Shown here in pieces: positions 34,599 through 35,859 of a stretch of DNA of 35,859 nt (its first letter is position 1; each line of letters starts with the position of its first letter). A program made the position numbers and the translations under genes. The DNA comes from a virus (taxonomy: Duplodnaviria > Caudoviricetes). The stretch covers positions 1 to 35,859 of the IMG/VR virus record IMGVR_UViG_3300025066_000075. One strand, given 5' to 3'. Under the pieces are notes generated by a model. It did no database searches and had not been told where the DNA came from. It was given only the letters and a program-made list of their open reading frames with translations.

Positions 34599-35859
34599 CA
34601 AAATATTATGGTCCTCCAGGTACAGGCAAAACAACAACTCTTCTTAATATTATAGAAGAGCACATAGACAAAGGAACACAACCAGAAAGAATCGCTTTTA
34701 TTTCTTTCTCTGTTAAAGCAGCGAACGAAGGAAAGAACAGAGCACACGCTCGTTTTGGATTAGCTTTTGAAGAAATGCCTTATTTTTGTACAAGCCATGC
34801 TTTTTGTAAAAGAAACATGGGAATATCTCATGTGGTTGGTGGTAGAGATGTTTTTGATTTCTTGGAAGAGTATCAGTTTAATTTAACAAAGAAGTACCCT
34901 AATAATGCAAGGGCTATTAGGTCCGTGGTCCAAGATCCTTATTTCGAGATCATAGAAAGAGCGAAAACTAATTGTCGTTCTTTGAAAGATGAGCGCTTGT
35001 CCCTGGACGTTGAGCAAAGAAAAGGAGTGGTCAATCATTTGTTAGAGCCTTTAGCTGAATCTTGGGAAGTGTTTCGCTTAACAAGAACCCCGGTCATCTA
35101 TTCTTTTGCCGATATGATCGTTAGTTTTTTGGAAGACGGAACAGCTCCACCGCTTGATCTTTTAATTGTGGACGAAGCACAAGACTTGGCAGAAATAAAC
35201 TGGAGACTAGTTGATAAGCTAGCAGCAGTAACTGAAAAAACTTTTATAGCGGGAGACGATGACCAGGCTATTTATGAGTGGAACGGTGCAAGGCCACAAA
35301 GGTTTGTTGAATACAAAGGAGAGAAGATTGTCCTGGACCAATCTTATCGCATCCCCAGCAGTGTGCATCCAATTGCACAAAAAATTTCAGAAAGGATTCT
35401 TTGTCGAGAGCCAAAAGAATATAAACCAAGACAAGAGCCAGGAACCGTTAATAATGTTAGTTCTGTTGAAACACTGCCACTGGACAAAGGAGAGTGGTTG
35501 ATTATGGCTTCTTGTGATTACATGCTTACCGACACCTCCAAAGGCTATAACATCCGAAAGTTTTTGGTGGACAATGGGTACCCTTTTGTACACAACCAAT
35601 ATCGTTATATTCCTGCTAGAATGATGTCAGCTATAGACACTTGGGAAAAGATAAAAACGGAAGACATCACTCTGTCTGAGCTAGACGATTTATATTTTCA
35701 TTTGGGGAAACAAGGAGTCAAACGAGGCTTTATAAGCAGGGTTGCACAAGAACCAGACAAAGGACAAAAGATAAGCTTGCAAGAAGCAATGGATAATTAT
35801 GGCCTAAAAGAAGAAATAATAGATAAAACATGGAAAGAACTGTTTGATAAAAGTATTGA
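34589..35859 (+). CDS. UvrD/REP-family SF1 helicase (truncated by the window end)
   Basis: Not in the track (no stop). ATG 34589 with GGAGG RBS: MGITKYYGPPGTGKTT, IVDEAQDL, IAGDDDQAIYEWNGA, QSYRIP. Confidence 0.88.
   Translation, partial: MGITKYYGPPGTGKTTTLLNIIEEHIDKGTQPERIAFISFSVKAANEGKNRAHARFGLAFEEMPYFCTSHAFCKRNMGISHVVGGRDVFDFLEEYQFNLTKKYPNNARAIRSVVQDPYFEIIERAKTNCRSLKDERLSLDVEQRKGVVNHLLEPLAESWEVFRLTRTPVIYSFADMIVSFLEDGTAPPLDLLIVDEAQDLAEINWRLVDKLAAVTEKTFIAGDDDQAIYEWNGARPQRFVEYKGEKIVLDQSYRIPSSVHPIAQKISERILCREPKEYKPRQEPGTVNNVSSVETLPLDKGEWLIMASCDYMLTDTSKGYNIRKFLVDNGYPFVHNQYRYIPARMMSAIDTWEKIKTEDITLSELDDLYFHLGKQGVKRGFISRVAQEPDKGQKISLQEAMDNYGLKEEIIDKTWKELFDKSI

Noticed and set aside
35259-35599. 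Track ORFs 35259..35501 and 35387..35599 (also 34328..34747)
   Set aside because: Alternative frames within the UvrD-like helicase and primase genes.
1-35859. Prophage, integron or diversity-generating retroelement
   Set aside because: No host genes, integrase, attachment site or reverse transcriptase is visible; these could lie outside the window.

Overview
This window is a 35.9-kb internal piece of a tailed dsDNA phage genome (Caudoviricetes, probably podovirus-like). By recalled gene content and order it resembles the marine HTVC023P / vSAG 37-F6-type phages; that lineage call is an inference, not a search result. Bases 1-17256 are a minus-strand virion morphogenesis operon: tail/fibre proteins, head-tail adaptors, major capsid, scaffold, GroES co-chaperonin, a Pro-rich repeat protein, portal, terminase large subunit and an HNH-like nuclease. 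Bases ~17260-21100 are an unusual early/accessory region in which small self-contained gene cassettes (sigma70 promoter, RBS, 1-2 short ORFs, hairpin terminator) alternate with about 9 copies of a structured repeat. Each repeat has a conserved core TCTTTTAGATAGAAAAGACAAGCAAGC, a variable self-folding loop and a second palindromic box, and the array ends in two DnaA-box-like 9-mers. Bases 21120-25490 carry small early genes, including a two-domain beta-clamp homologue and DUF3310, plus a displaced terminase small subunit and an origin-like repeat cluster. Bases 25460-29473 encode a ~1330-aa probable internal virion/ejection protein. Bases 29742-end are a replication module (SNF2 helicase, SSB-like protein, AEP primase, UvrD-like helicase truncated by the window end). 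No rRNA, tRNA, integrase or true CRISPR array was seen. All functional calls come from motif recognition by eye.
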